Shown here: positions 1 to 13,180 of the stretch, piece after piece
How the letters are laid out: every line of letters starts with the position of its first letter
Numbering within the stretch: the first letter of the stretch is position 1
Origin: Hydrolagus affinis
Lineage: Eukaryota
DNA: 64,000 nucleotides
Reading direction: 5' to 3'
NCBI GenBank assembly: GCA_012026655.1
Contig: JAAILG010000702.1
Location: forward strand, 1-64,000
Program-made: the position numbers and the translations under genes
Notes under the pieces: model-generated
Seen by the model: the letters and a program-made list of their open reading frames with translations, nothing else
The model's database searches: none
What the model was told of the DNA's origin: nothing

Positions 1-333
1 GGTGGGGGGTGGGGGGAACAGACGGGAGGGGTGAGATGGGGGGGGATGTGATAATATACAGATAGATAGAGAGAGAGAGAGAGAGAGATGGGGGGGATGT
101 GAGAGAGGAGAGAGACACAGACAGAAAAACACAGAGATGGAGAGAGTGAGTGTGAGAGACACAGAGAGAGAGAGATATTTATCTCCAGAGGAGATAGGCC
201 CTGAATGCGCGCGCACCTCGCGACGCGCGAGCGTGCGCAGTACAAACCCCCGAAAATATCGATACATCGGTATATCTCGATATGAGCCCGTTGATATATC
301 TAAATCGGAAAATTTCCATATCGACGGACCCTA
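1..333. mobile_element. Right end of a putative non-autonomous hAT-like DNA transposon (GA-rich interior, CpG-rich subterminal region)
   Basis: Ends ...ATATCGACGGACCCTA at 333 (reverse complement TAGGGTCCGTCGATAT; TAGGG starts are typical of hAT TIRs). Repeated ATATCG/CGATA motifs, then an abrupt switch to AT-rich flank. Left end is outside the window. Confidence 0.55.
58..195. repeat. (GA)n/(GATA)/(GACA) low-complexity microsatellite
   Basis: Directly visible gatagatagagagagagag... tracts. Confidence 0.9.
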
Positions 334-699
334 GTGTTCAGTTATTTCTAGCATGTTTATTCAGCTTTATTTAAAAGTCTTAAGAGCATGAAATGAAGTC
401 TGTGAATGAATCCTCTTCTTATATAGGGTTGTGATGAGTAAATACGCACTGGACAATTGTCCCATAGCTGACCTTCTGAAGGATTTAGTGCTGTCTGGTT
501 GCATTTGAAGACTGTTCAACAATTTCCTTCTATATTTGCATGAATTGTGCTGCTAATTGGAACCATTTGTGGAGAAAGAGAGTGCCCTGGATCACTAACT
601 GTCATTTCTAGTTTTGTGACCTCTGTTGCTTGAGGTCCATTAATGATGGCGTTTATTTAGATGAATGCATTGCTTTTGTCTGGATTGACTTTCGTGTGA

Positions 700-1810
700 A
701 TTTCATTGAACAACAGCTTTATAATAATAACCTTTGCATTTGCTATAGTGCTTTTTATATCTTCTAGACATCTTGATGCTGTGATGTGTATGTATGGAAG
801 ATGGGGAAGGAGGGGCAAGAATAGAGGAACAGTGTTCCAGAGGTTCGGGGCATAGTGGCTGAAAACATGACCACCGATGGTTCAATGGAGACGATGAGGA
901 CATGCAGAAGGCTGGAGCTAGTCGAGCAGAGACAGCGAGTTGGGGGTAAACAGATCAGAGTGGTAGGGAGGTGCCAGGTTATGAAAGGATTTGAAAATGA
1001 GTGTGAGGGTTTTGAAATTGATCTGTTCTGGGATAGACAGGGAACCACTGGAGCCTGGCTAGAAGTAGTATGATCGTGGTATGGAGTTTATTGCTGGTGA
1101 CTAAGTGAGCAGCGAAGTTTTGGATCAGCAAGATCTTATGCATGATGGAGCAAGGGAGACTGATGAAAAGGACATTTGAAAAGTCAAGTATGGAGGTGAC
1201 AAATGTATGGAAGAATCGATTGCCTTGCTAGTAATAACAACAAATTACATTTGTATAGCATCTTTCATGTCGGTAGGAGGTCTCAAATCGCTGAACATCA
1301 GGGATTTGGACCCCGATAGGAGGTTGGGATCAGGTGGGATGGAGGGCAGGTAATGTAGGGGTAAGAGGGTGGCCAAAGGCATGGTTGAAGAGGTGTGTTT
1401 TAAGATGTGCATTGCGGGAGCAAGGCGAAGGCACAGTGGGTTACAGATTCAAAGGGTGGGGGCAGCTGAGCAGAGGGAATGGACAGGTTGATATGGCATT
1501 AGCAGGTAGGAAGGAACAAGTCAATGGAGGGCTTTGAAGGCAAGGATGAGGATCTTGAACTCTTATTCTCTGGGGGATGGAGAGCCAGTGGAGCAGTAAA
1601 TACTTGGAGGTGATAGTGTCATGGAGCCTATGGTAGGAGAGGACACGAGCTGCAGAGTTCTCAAAGATCTGCAGCGGTTTGTGGAGGGAAGAGTTGGGAA
1701 GGGCGTTGCCATACTGGGGCCTATCCATAATAACTAAATGGATGAGGTTTCAGTGTCCTGAGGGGAGAAACAGAAGCGGAACCCAATGATGTTATGGAGA
1801 TGGGGGAAAC
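700..1810 (-). mobile_element. Two adjacent degenerate L2 LINE 3' fragments
   Basis: Minus-strand translation GNALPNSSLHKPLQIFENSAARVLS...TITSKYLLLHWLSIPQRI resembles the L2 ORF2 C-terminus. Tail aacaacaaattacatttgtatagc at ~1236. Confidence 0.7.
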
Positions 1811-1815
1811 CCAAG

Positions 1816-2073
1816 CGACCTGTCCGAAATTCCACTTAGTTTTGCCTTCAAGACCATTTGTCTTGAAATCCAATACTGCAGAATTGTCAAATTACCAAAT
1901 TAGGCTCAGTTTGGAAGACTGTCTTCCATAGTTTTTTTTTTAAAAAAGACCTGTTAAGCAAACTGAGGCCAAACGGAACAATTCTTTTTCGCAATTCTGC
2001 CCAATCTTAAAGATTTGTGAGACAAATGGTCTTACTGGCTAAGATAAGGTAGAATTTAGCATCAGGAAAGTCG
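1816..2073. repeat. Degenerate ~260-bp palindrome (MITE-like)
   Basis: Inverted pairs aagaccatttgtct 1850-1863/2020-2033, gcagaattg 1878-1886/1992-2000, ctcagtttg 1905-1913/1959-1967. Confidence 0.75.
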
Positions 2074-3631
2074 TGGTATAGCTTTGTTGGGACCTTATTT
2101 GACTGCAGCAGTCAAACTGAATCAACCAATTGCAAGTCCATTAGCCTAATATCAGTCATGTGTAGCACTGTAATTTAAATGACAGCTTTCTGACATGAAA
2201 AGCACTGTATTAGTGTATATTGTATAATTTATTCCAAAGACAGCTTGGGAAATAATTCCAAAATGATAACAGAGAACAGGCAGGATAGATTCAGAAAGAT
2301 AGTCTCCATACAATAATAATAATAATCATCTTTGCATTTGTTATTTGATAATGTTACGGGTCTAAATCAGGAACATCAAAGGCACTCTTTCCTGAGATGT
2401 GGCTGATTTAAAAGCTTCAAAAAGCTTTTTGCCAAGAGCACCACACGAAAGACATCTCATTAAACTAGAAGCCACAGGAACCTAGTTTGAAGCATGGCAC
2501 CTGATAGGAATCTAGTTAAAAATAGGAAACCTAGAATGCTGGTGAGAGATGCAGTGTCATATTGGAGGGAAGTGTTGAATGTTCCATCAAGAGATGGTGC
2601 TTTTGCTCATTTTCTGCACACTGCATGAGTGACCTGGATACTGAAAGCAGAAGTAATGTGGTCATATTTATTATTGGTAGGGGAAGCAGTATAGATGCAA
2701 GGTGCAGTGAAAGGTTTTAGGTTACCTTATGATTATTGTATATCAATCTATATATATTGCCAGGAGTGGGGAGAGCTAACAGCCAGCTCTCTGGGACCCC
2801 ATCCCAGGATCCCTCTGACTCCCTTACTCCCTCTCTTTTTTGAAGGAGCATCTTAAAATGTATCTTATTTGTCTGCACTTTCGTTCATCTTTCACCTCCA
2901 CATCTTCCATGGCCTCTTCTCGCAGCTCAGGTCCCCAGCAACCAGCGTCTCAAAGAGCTTTGAGACGGCCTCCCAAGGTGAAAGGCTCTGTATAAATATA
3001 TATTGTATTCTATGTATAGCAAATGATATGTACCGCTGTTGAATTTAAAGTATCCCAGATGGGTAACAATTGTAGGAATCCACTGTACAATAAATGCCAT
3101 GGAATTCGAGAATGGAGGTGTGAGCCTCACTTATTCTGCTGAGGCATGTCATGTGTGTTCCTGGTAGTGGTGGGATTTGGGGCAGGAACTGGATTATATT
3201 TCCTGTTCTACATTGGAAATCATGAATCCTGGCCAGGATTCATGATCCTCTCTGTGTTATTCACACCTGGAGCTGATTTCCTTTGTAAATGTTTTATATC
3301 AAACTCATTAAAAATGCCAATTTATCCCTGAACTAATCTGTGAGCCACAAGCCTGACTTTCTGAAGCCTGTGCTACATTGTGCTGTTGTGCGTTAATTCA
3401 AGGTGGTGAGATCGCAGGGCAATTTCTGCACAGCCAGAAAGCCAAATTGTAGCAGAACTGCTTCTAACTGAATCAGTACATCCTTTGTATATTCTCCTAT
3501 GAACGTAAAGTGCCGACTGAGACACCATCCGGCATGGAGGGCGCTATGTAAATCAAAGTTATTGTTGTTGTAAAGAGGTGCAGGCGTAAAGGGGCTGTGT
3601 TAACTAGCAACAATCTATTCTTTTTTAACAG

Positions 3632-3727
3632 GAAGTGAAATTTGGATGCCAGGACAGTCGTTAACAGCCTCCCCCTGGTCACTGATTGATTGGAGCCAAA
3701 ATAGTTACATTACAGTGTTCTTAAATG
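3632..3727 (+). CDS. CTTNBP2: CTTNBP2 internal coding exon (96 bp; SEIWMPGQSLTASPWSLIDWSQNSYITVFLN)
   Basis: ttttttaacag acceptor, gtaagt donor, phase 1-1. Resembles human GNVPWSVGQSFAQSPW...ITVLLSG. Confidence 0.85.
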
Positions 3728-4285
3728 GTAAGTCCCCGCTGCTATTGTGGCAGTTTTATCCTTCTTTTTAGGGCAAAATTCTTGTTAGCAATTGCAGAAG
3801 ACTTGTTTTCCTATTATCCTGTCCTGTGTGGGCGCATTAGACTTAACTGAATGCCTGTGATTTTCACTTGTAATATTTACACAAGAGCTTCATCAAGATG
3901 CAAGTTGAAGCTTTTTGAGGTGGTGCCAGTTCTCTGGCATTCCACCCTAGAGCTCCTCTGGCTCGCCTCTCCCTTCCTACTTTCAAAGCTCCCTTCAAGA
4001 CTTATCTCTTTGACTGTTCTTTTGGTCATCTTTCTTTAGATTTCCTCTCCCTCCCTAGCTTGTGTGCCTAGTCATCTGCTTAAAGCACTTTGAGATTCAT
4101 TTCTGATGTGACATCTAAATGTAAATTGTGTGTGTGCGCACATATATGTGTTGCTATGATTACTTAGGCAGATAGAGTGGAAATCAGGTTGCTTGGAAAT
4201 TGCCATGAACATGCCATGGCCTGAAGCTTGTGTACATGGTTCAAGATGTATGTTTGCTGTATAAACACTGCTGTGTCTTTAACAG

Positions 4286-4365
4286 GTGTACAGGACGGCT
4301 GTCTTGACAGTGTCGCTTATGGTTCTCTCATCCCTCTTCATACATTGCAGAATTACCTCAGGCTG
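4286..4365 (+). CDS. CTTNBP2: CTTNBP2 exon (80 bp; [27 protein letters not shown])
   Basis: AG/GT boundaries, phase 1-0. Matches human [27 protein letters not shown]. Confidence 0.93.
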
Positions 4366-7300
4366 GTATGTTAAGAGTGAACCATACATACGCCTTGTTT
4401 GCATTCAACGTCAGTGCATATCACTGTCAGTGGGTTTAGGCCTTTGTTTTCATATGGTTGATGCATGAAAGATAGCTAAATAAACTGAGAGCTGCGGGAA
4501 TCCAGGTTGAAGCATGGGAGGTGGTGGTGCTGGATTCTTTTCAATGTCATATTTCAGGAAGGACCAAGTACCTGACATACAGTATAAACTTGTCTATTAA
4601 TCCCGTCGTAATCTGGGTCACAGTTTGGAAATGCTAATCACTGAAGTGCAGTATTTCTGCAGGGAAAGGTTAACAACAGCTTCTCCCACGCTGATTCATA
4701 ACATGTAACTAACAGCAAATCTTTGTTTGTGAAACCAATCTGACAAAGCGAAAGAGAGAGAACAAAAGAAAGAAAAAGAGAAGGAAAGGGTTATGATTGC
4801 ACAGAGGGCAAGCTGATCACTGGTTTATTCCGTGTGACATCACATCTCCATCAAGCTGCTCTCACAGTTTGATTCCTGATGACCGCCTGTGAAATTGCAG
4901 TCTTCTTACTCCCTCCCAGCCAGCCATTATTCACTATAAATGGTACTTTCTATTCACTGTAAACACATTCCGTATCATTATCTTCCAACCTGAAAGGCCA
5001 GCCCATGGATCATCACCACCACCCCCCCACCCTCTTCCTCACCTAATCCTTAGTTCAGGGGCTGTTTCAAGACATACATCTTAGATTGTGCTGTTTATTC
5101 GTTTGGAAAAGATTGAGTACTGGAAACTGGATGAATGAATGATTGAAGCCCATGTTCTGAATTGCAATCTTAAATTCAATTTCAGCCATTTGTTCTATGT
5201 ATTTACGTTAAGCATATTCATAAACTAATAATTTATTTAGTCAAACAGAGAGCTTTTTGTAACTCATCCAACGTGCTGGAATTAACTAACATAGGGACGT
5301 GAATGTGCTGCTCATATTGTGGCCACTGGGTGGAGTAGTTGTGCTAATTACTGAAGTTCATCTGGATTTTTTATTTAAAAAAATTGATTTAAGAAAATAC
5401 TTAAGTAGATAATTTACAAAATAAAAGTGCAGCAGTCGGTATATGAACCATTTAGTTTTTTGGTACAGGAGTTGCGTGGCACTATTCAAAAAGAGCAGGG
5501 TGTCCTGGCCAACAGTCCCCCAAATAAAAATAATAATTCACTTCAAGGCTATTGGTGGAATATTCCTGTGTACAAAATTGGTTGCTGTATTTGCTTACAG
5601 TGCAAAGCACTTAGACGTCCTCCTGACATGAAAGGCATTCACAGGCCTGAAATCTAAGTGTTATTATTATTGTTGGCTATTGTGTAGCTCCATTGCGCTA
5701 CCATAGTGTATTTATCATTCCACTGCAATCTTGAACCAGCACAGATTTTATTTGCAATTGCTTTCCTGTTGCACTGACAATTTGAATACTTTGAGAATCC
5801 AAGGTTTATGAGCTATCCTGTTTTCCATACTTGTCTCTTCAGCCTCACTGCTTTGTGGGTCTTCCTCATTTGAGTGCTTAATAAAAAAAAATCTGTGTTG
5901 CCCTCTCCTGGTAGGACCATTACATTGCCTGGTCATCAATAACAGCAGCAGTGTCCATCGAGTTATTGTATGATCTGCAGAGATTCTCTTCTGAAAGATT
6001 TAAGTTCTGAAATTTCTCATGTTTTCGTGCAGAATTCCAGAAAACTCTTACAAATTCAATTTTGATTTGGAAGCGACAACACAAATAATAATACTTTTTA
6101 CATTTGCTATAATGCGTTTCACATCAGGAGGACCTCTCATTTAACAGGATATCCTGCAAAGTGGAGTAATTGTGTGATTAATAGACAAACGGGCTGCCAA
6201 TTTACACAAAACAATGTGAAGCTCCCTTTGCCTGCACTGTGTAGTTTACTCACAAGAGTCAATGGCTATTAGCCCCAAACTAGAATTTGCCATAACACTT
6301 AACGGTGTTACATTAATACTTATCCCTGTTACCAGCCCTCTCCAAAACCACAAGTAATTGGGGATACTTAAAACCAACTCTGTTTTGTCAGTGACCATTA
6401 CAGTCAATTTTCTGAGATTTCTGACCTTGTCACAAGGGAATATTAGGCTGCAGTGTGTGGTTTTGCTGTTTGTTATGGTGAGAAAAGTCTACCTTGGATA
6501 TTCTAATAGTCTGACATCTGCACAAAAGTTTATTTTTAAAATCATGAGAAATATTGGTGTATCAGACCAACAAGAAACTTTTAATTGCATCAATCAGAAT
6601 ACAGGTACTGTATATAGTTTCCGGGTCCTACTGATATCTGTCTTGTGCCCATCCCTCAACATCCAGAACACTGTACCAAATAGCAAACCCAAGTGATGAT
6701 TTAAGCATCTCTGTCAATAGTTCAGCATTAAATCTTTGCCTCTTTGACATTTCAAGTCACCCTGTTGTTAACACTTCAGTGCTGAATACCAGCAGAGAGT
6801 AAGTCAGAAAACACTTTGCCCCCAGTAGAAATCCATACTCACCAGATGATAAAAGCTTTGCTCAGTGAGTGAATAAACCCTTTATATTTTTTCTATGATG
6901 GAGATCACACAGATTAATAACGTTCAACGCACTTTTGGAAATCTTGTCCTTAATTAATTTGGCTCTTTGGATATTCACTACAGTATGTAGCAAAGGTATC
7001 TCTTGTGTTTTGTCCTGAAAAATTCCCATATGGTACAGTGGATTATATCTTAGTTATTTGTGAAGCTGAGTTCTCTCTTGAGGAAACTGACATTCAGATA
7101 TCAGTGTGGGAAAGGTCTATTCCCACTGTGCCTGTTAAGCGTGTTTAATGAATTAATGAGTTTTCATGGAGCCTTTCCAAAAACCTGTTATCCTTTTGTT
7201 GCACAGAATGTCAACCTAATGTTGTTATATTGTGCATGTTAATTGTCGACCTTCTCGTGCTGCGCACAATAAACTTGCCTTTATATAGTGACCTTCACTT

Positions 7301-7608
7301 AGGACAAAGCCTCGGAGAGCTTCATGGGGACAGTGTTAGATGCCAACCGTGTGGGGGTTGACCATGTGGTAGGTTTTTTAGATGAGATTTGAGGACTGAT
7401 CGAAAGAGTCAAGACTGAGGGATGGAAGGAGGGAGTTGTAAAGGGAAAGGTTGTGGTTACCAAATGAGGGAGAGTTAAGGGCATTGGGGGAGGGGGGTGT
7501 GGGAGAGGGTGCAGCATACTCGAGCTTGCAGTCTTTGTAATGCGACTGGTACTTCTGTGCTTTCACCATTGTGACCTTTTTTGTGTACTTCATTGTTGTT
7601 TTTAACAG

Positions 7609-7695
7609 GTCGAACAGTATCACAATGTTATCTTTCATGGGCCGGAAGGGAGTTGCCAAGAGCATATAGCACATCAACTTGCAAAGAGTATTAAG
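7609..7695 (+). CDS. CTTNBP2: CTTNBP2 exon (87 bp; [29 protein letters not shown])
   Basis: AG/GT boundaries, phase 0-0. [15 protein letters not shown] is identical to recalled human sequence. Confidence 0.95.
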
Positions 7696-8087
7696 GTAAA
7701 TTGGTTCAATAGCAATCATATTTCTCTGCGTCTCGCAATAAATAAAGGATTTTTTCTGGGTAATGAAACAGTCGAGCGGGAATCTGACCTTTCAGTCTTT
7801 TTTTAGTACAAGTCCAGTTCAAGCTGTTTAGTCATTCACACAAAGTACCAGGTCACAGCGGGACCATTTATCATCCGATCAGCTTTTGTCACAATCCACT
7901 TGGAATGGGTACTGGACGTAGAGAGAGTACTGAGCTTGTAGTGAACTGTAGACTACTATTGGGCAACTCAATAATATAATAATAATAATCCTTGCATTTG
8001 ATATAGTGCTTTTCACATCTTATCGACGTCTCAAAGCACTTCACGGAATATACTGCAAAGTGAATTGACTGTATATTTGTGAGCGAA

Positions 8088-8350
8088 ACAACAACAACTT
8101 GGATTTATATAGTGCTCTCCACACCAGACGGCGTCTCAGAGTGCTTCCCAGTAACGGAATCCCAGAGCTAAGCCAGCGGGAGGGGAAAAAAGATGACTGA
8201 TAGCACGGTCGAAAAGAAATTCTGGATAATCTGGATTTTATGACTGATAGCAGAGGGGAGACCGACGAGGAGGGCATTTGAGTAGTCCAGCAGAGAGATG
8301 GCAAAAAGCGTAGCTGGTGAGGGAGTGGACGTTGGGGAGGAAGGATAATC
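8088..8350 (-). mobile_element. Second L2-type tail family, inserted into or abutting a SINE tail (7975-8087)
   Basis: (aac)n-ttggatttatatagtgctctccacaccagacggcgtctcag. A similar copy lies at ~59530-59680. Confidence 0.6.
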
Positions 8351-8702
8351 AGCTCAGAGATGTAACACCGCAACCGTTCCTCCTCCTGCTTGACATTGAT
8401 GGGTAGCGAGGGGCTTCTGGCTGGCTGGCTCCCCTCGGGCTTTGGCATCTGTCACAAAGGCAAAACACCACAAGGCGCGGACCACAACCAGCCCAGGACT
8501 GACTGGCATATGTTGTGTGAACAATGTTGTCCATTCTGCTTTCGGAATATGGTGCTTGTAATTTCTGATATCATCAGAACCCTTTGATTGTTGATGGCCC
8601 TTTGTAATTGCTCCCAAACAACCCATTGTTCAAAACCTTTCAAAACCCCAGAGCCTTTATTGTTTGTTTATGTGTTATGATAAACGCCGAAGCTCCCATT
8701 TA

Positions 8703-9012
8703 GAGTTCTGTAGTTCAGCAGTTAGAGCACTCACCTTGCAAGCGAGCGACCTGGGTTCGATTCCAGGCAGCGCAAAACTTTTGGTATGTTTCTTTACTCC
8801 ACATGCCTAATAATAACCCATCAAAAAAAAGTTCACTTGATAATAATAATCCATGACTGTTTGTGGACACTGCTGGGTGCAAATGGCTGCAGTGTTTTTC
8901 CTACAAATATACAGTCAATTCACTTTACAGTATATTCTGTGAAACTCTTTGAGACATCTAGAAGACGTGAAAAGCGCTGTATGATCCATTGTAAGGTTTA
9001 TTATTCTTATCA
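8703..9012 (+). mobile_element. Full-length tRNA-headed SINE with Deu/L2-like tail
   Basis: A-box tagttcagcagttagagc, B-box ggttcgattcc, core gactgtttgtgg...cagtcaattcactttacag, tail gtgaaaagcgct...ttatt. Confidence 0.85.
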
Positions 9013-11357
9013 TGATTAAATACAAGACCACAGTGTAACTCTAATGGAATCAATCTGTGTTTTTTTACCCATTCTCATCGTGGTTCACGTCTTATTCATG
9101 TGACACTTGCCTTTGAACTGCGAAGACACCAGCACCTTTCCCACATCAATCTCCCTCTGCTTTACCCTCCTCAGCTCTTAAAGGAGCACCTGTCTGTCCC
9201 ATACAGCAAGCCTTTGTTTACACCTGTGCTATGCTTTTGTCCACTCATCTGCAGATACGTCAGCGCTTCGCCAAAAATGGCATCAAACGCAATAAACTGT
9301 GACCATCCCATAATGACCTAATAACAGACAATCGTTCTGCCTTGTCTTTCTCACTGAATATACACAAAACTCCTGATATCCCTCTAAGGGGAAAAGGGCT
9401 TATTGACAAGTTATCCGGAGTAGCGAGTTAGGCACATGTATAAGCACATAAATTTATGTGGCTGGGATATTGACAGTGCAGCGCCTTGGGACGTCCTCCA
9501 AACGTGAAAGGTGCTCTATAAGTCTAATTTGTTGTTGTTGACAGCTTGATGACTTTAGTGGTAGTGACAAATTAAGCCAGGGGCAAGTTGTCACCAGAAA
9601 GAATTGTACTGCAAAGGAATTTTTTTTTTGAATTTGGAATCACTTTAAGATGTCTCAACACACTTCATAGGATGTATTATAAAGTGGTGTAAATGTACTG
9701 TAAACATAAATAAAATGTTCCAATGGTAATGTATTTTTAAATGTTCTTATGATATTTTCTGTGTGTTCACTTTTTTCTTCACAGTACCTTCTGTCTATCT
9801 CCAGATAAAATTGACCATTCACTTCACAGCTGTTTGTGGGACATTGCTATGCCCAAATGTCCTCTGTGCTTGGCTTATAAATACACATTCACCACACTTT
9901 ACAGTGAATCCTGTGAAGTGCTTTAAGGAGACGTCTCAATAACATTATATGAAGCTATATCAAACGCAAGGATTTTCTTCACAGTACAACTCTTTCTATA
10001 TCCATTTTCCTTCACAGTATATTTAGTACTTTAGGACATCCTCCTGACAAGAAATGTGCTATATGCACTAATATTAAAGTGTAAAATTTTATCTTATTGT
10101 CTGTCCCTTACTTTATTGTTTTGGGCTGTTTTATATATTTTCTCTCTTGCTCTTTTCCACGACTCTTATTTCAGAATGTTTTACATTTGTGTGGCAATTG
10201 GGGGTTTAATGCTCAGGGTCCAATGTGTCCCAGTGATATCATTCAGAAACTGTTGTGGGTTATAACAGGACTCCTAGTTGTTGATCAGACACTGTTTCAG
10301 CTGATGCCCTCTCAGAACTACCTCCAATTCCTAATTTACTGTCAACAAAAGAACACTTGAGATTTGGCAATGACTTTGAATTGAGACACTCACGAGAGCA
10401 GTACCTATTTTCTGGGATGCACATATTCAAACCTTAACTCACTCCTTGCCCCATCTCTATCCTGCCTCTTTCTCTCCTTGTTTTTATTAGTCTTACAAAA
10501 ATAACACTGGCTTTATGAAAGTACAGTTTGTGTGTCAGATGCACAACATGTAAATCACCCCTGATACGCTGGACAAATTCCCTGTTCTCAGGGCTCAGCT
10601 GCTGTTGACCTAGTCACCAGAAGAGAAACAGAGGCAGTTCCGACTAAAATGTCTTCTTTTCCTTTCGGCTTTGTTGCTTTACCTCAGCTTCACACCTCTG
10701 CATGTGATTGTGTCTCAAAACGTTCCTCTTCTCTTTGACTGTGCTTTTTGTCATCTTTCCTCCACTCACCCCCACCCCTTCTTCCATCTCCAGTGCCCAA
10801 CTACAATTGCCAAACGCTTTAGGATGTCCTGCTGATAGGAAAGGCAATACAAATGCAAATTTAATGTATTGTGATGGGAGAAATCCCCTTGCATAAAAGA
10901 CTTGTCTTCCTTAGTGATTAATTGAGCTTTCTCTTTAGTTCCTTTCTTTTGTACAATGCCCTATTGAAATGGTATTTGTGCAGGTGATTGAATAGGTGCA
11001 GCATACAAGTTGTTTTGATACTTATCAACAGGCAAAGGGACCACATTCTGCACTGCAATATATGGAGCTGGAGTTACAAGTTACAATTACACCACTGGAC
11101 CCAACACTCGCCTAGCGATAAGAGGTTCAGCCATCAATCGTTGTAGCTAATAATACTAATCCTTCCAATTTGGTGCAGCATGTTACCACATTGGAAGGAT
11201 CTCTTGAAGTGCTGCACAGGAATTACTATGAAATAGAATGACTGTGTTGTTGCAGGGAAATGTGCATACGCTTCTCCATCTGCCTGCCTGCCTGTCTTGT
11301 CTATTTTCCAATTTCCAAGTCTACTTTGTCCTAAAACTGCTCTTCATCTCCAAACAG

Positions 11358-11457
11358 CACAAACAAGAAGCCGCTGGCAACAACTGTGAGATCATTGAAA
11401 TTGAAATCAGTGGAAGTTCTTCAAAGGACCAGTTGGTGGAGGTCTTCATACAAAGTG
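11358..11457 (+). CDS. CTTNBP2: CTTNBP2 exon (100 bp; HKQEAAGNNCEIIEIEISGSSSKDQLVEVFIQS)
   Basis: ctccaaacag acceptor, gtaaga donor, phase 0-1. Similar to human HRQMAAGFSCEIVRAEVD...SKEQLLDLFISS. Confidence 0.92.
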
Positions 11458-13180
11458 GTAAGAGACCAATGAGATGCCAATGTGTGCTGTACAGATTTGG
11501 GAAATGCCACTTGAAAGATGATGTTGAGATGCTGTTCCACCACTACCAAAAGTCCATTGCCTTGCTCCTTCTCCTTATTTTGTCAGATCCTAGTAAATCT
11601 TGCGCCAGCTTTGGTGGTGCCTTGTATGTCAGTCCCAGGGACGTAGATCTCAGTTGTGAGAGCCCCAATGTGGTGCATGTACTTAACTGAGAGCAGCTGT
11701 CTGGCTTCTTTTGCAGAACGAGAGCAGAAAATACTGTACTACCAAAACATTAAATGGAGATTATTCAGACATTTTTTGGGTGTGTGTGGGGGGAGTGGGG
11801 GGTGGGGAGGAGGACCGTTTTAATAGTATTAAAGCAGTATTAATGTATTCTCAGAAAATACTACCAAAACATTCTTGGCTTAAATTGAAGGAAAACCTTT
11901 GTTGCAGTTTGATTTTCTTTAAAGCCAATTAGTAAAAGAAGTAGAGGCTCAGAGGTAGAGCCTTTAAATCACATTGCTCCTGCTGCCTGGAACTCTTTGC
12001 CTCCCTCCCTCCCTTCTTCCCCCTGTAAAATAACCCTTCTTTGATCAGAACTTTAATTACCCCCTCCACCCACTGTGCTCAGGTGTCCACACAGTGCCTG
12101 TGAAGCACTTTGAGGCATTTCCTTAGGTGAAAAGATAATGCTTTAATATATCAAATAAAGTTCTTCCTGAGCTACAACTGGCGCCAAATTGCTCCTGACA
12201 CTTGCCTATTGAAAGCCAAAAACCTGGCATGGAGTGTGGATGGGGGTGGACAAGGACACTTGTACACGTCTGTAGAATAATATTGCCTAATGTGCTTTTC
12301 AGTAGCTGCACTTCAATTACCCACTACCAGCAATTGTTTCTTTAACTCTTCCTATTGCAATCATAATGGCATACACTTCCGTACCATTTTTCCCCTTAGT
12401 CTCTAGTCTTGTATCAAACCTCCACCTACAATAGGTACAAGGAGCCAAGTGCTCACCCATATCCAGCTTACTGATCAGGTCTGGTAGACTGCTAAAACCT
12501 GAAATTGTGCTTGTTTATGTTGTGCTGAGCAGTCATTGATGGCACATGTACAATTATTCATTCCTTCACCTCTCTCACCAGGTGTATTCCACCTGACCAC
12601 TTTATTACAATGTTGGCACAGTTTCATTGGGTGAGTTTTGCTAACTCATCAAATTGATTAAGAATCGAGGCTTGTTATCAACCTCCATCACATCCGAAGA
12701 ACACATCTTTGACAATGCAGTCCTGCCCTCAGCATTGCACTGGAATATTGGCCTAGAAATTGTGGGCTTGAACTCACACCTTTCTGATTCTGAGACCATA
12801 GTGCTGCCAGCTCAATCAGGCCAATTGAAATATGGCACGTTCCAGCACCTGTCAGTATATCAATGTAATTTTCACCATAATTTCATTTATTTGTTATAAT
12901 ATTGTCCTGGACAACAGATCCCCAAATAATTAATCACTTGCCCCATGACTGTTTGAGGACATTGCTCTGCCCAAATTGGCTGACATGTTTGCTTATCGTG
13001 GGGATGTGGTAAGATGATATCAAAATCAAGGATTAATATTGTTATTTCTCATACATTTGTGGTTGTTTAGTTGGAGGAAAAACTATAGACTTGCATGTCT
13101 ACAGTTGCACGTGAACTGCAATCTTTTCTTAAAGTGAATAGAGCTGGGTTTGAAACGAGTCCTGTCGATTTCTATTTCAG

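Noticed and set aside
8703-8775. tRNA gene (also at 18860-18933, 40351-40425, 48105-48177, 63550-63624)
   Set aside because: These are tRNA-derived SINE heads that continue into the SINE body and lack an intact cloverleaf.
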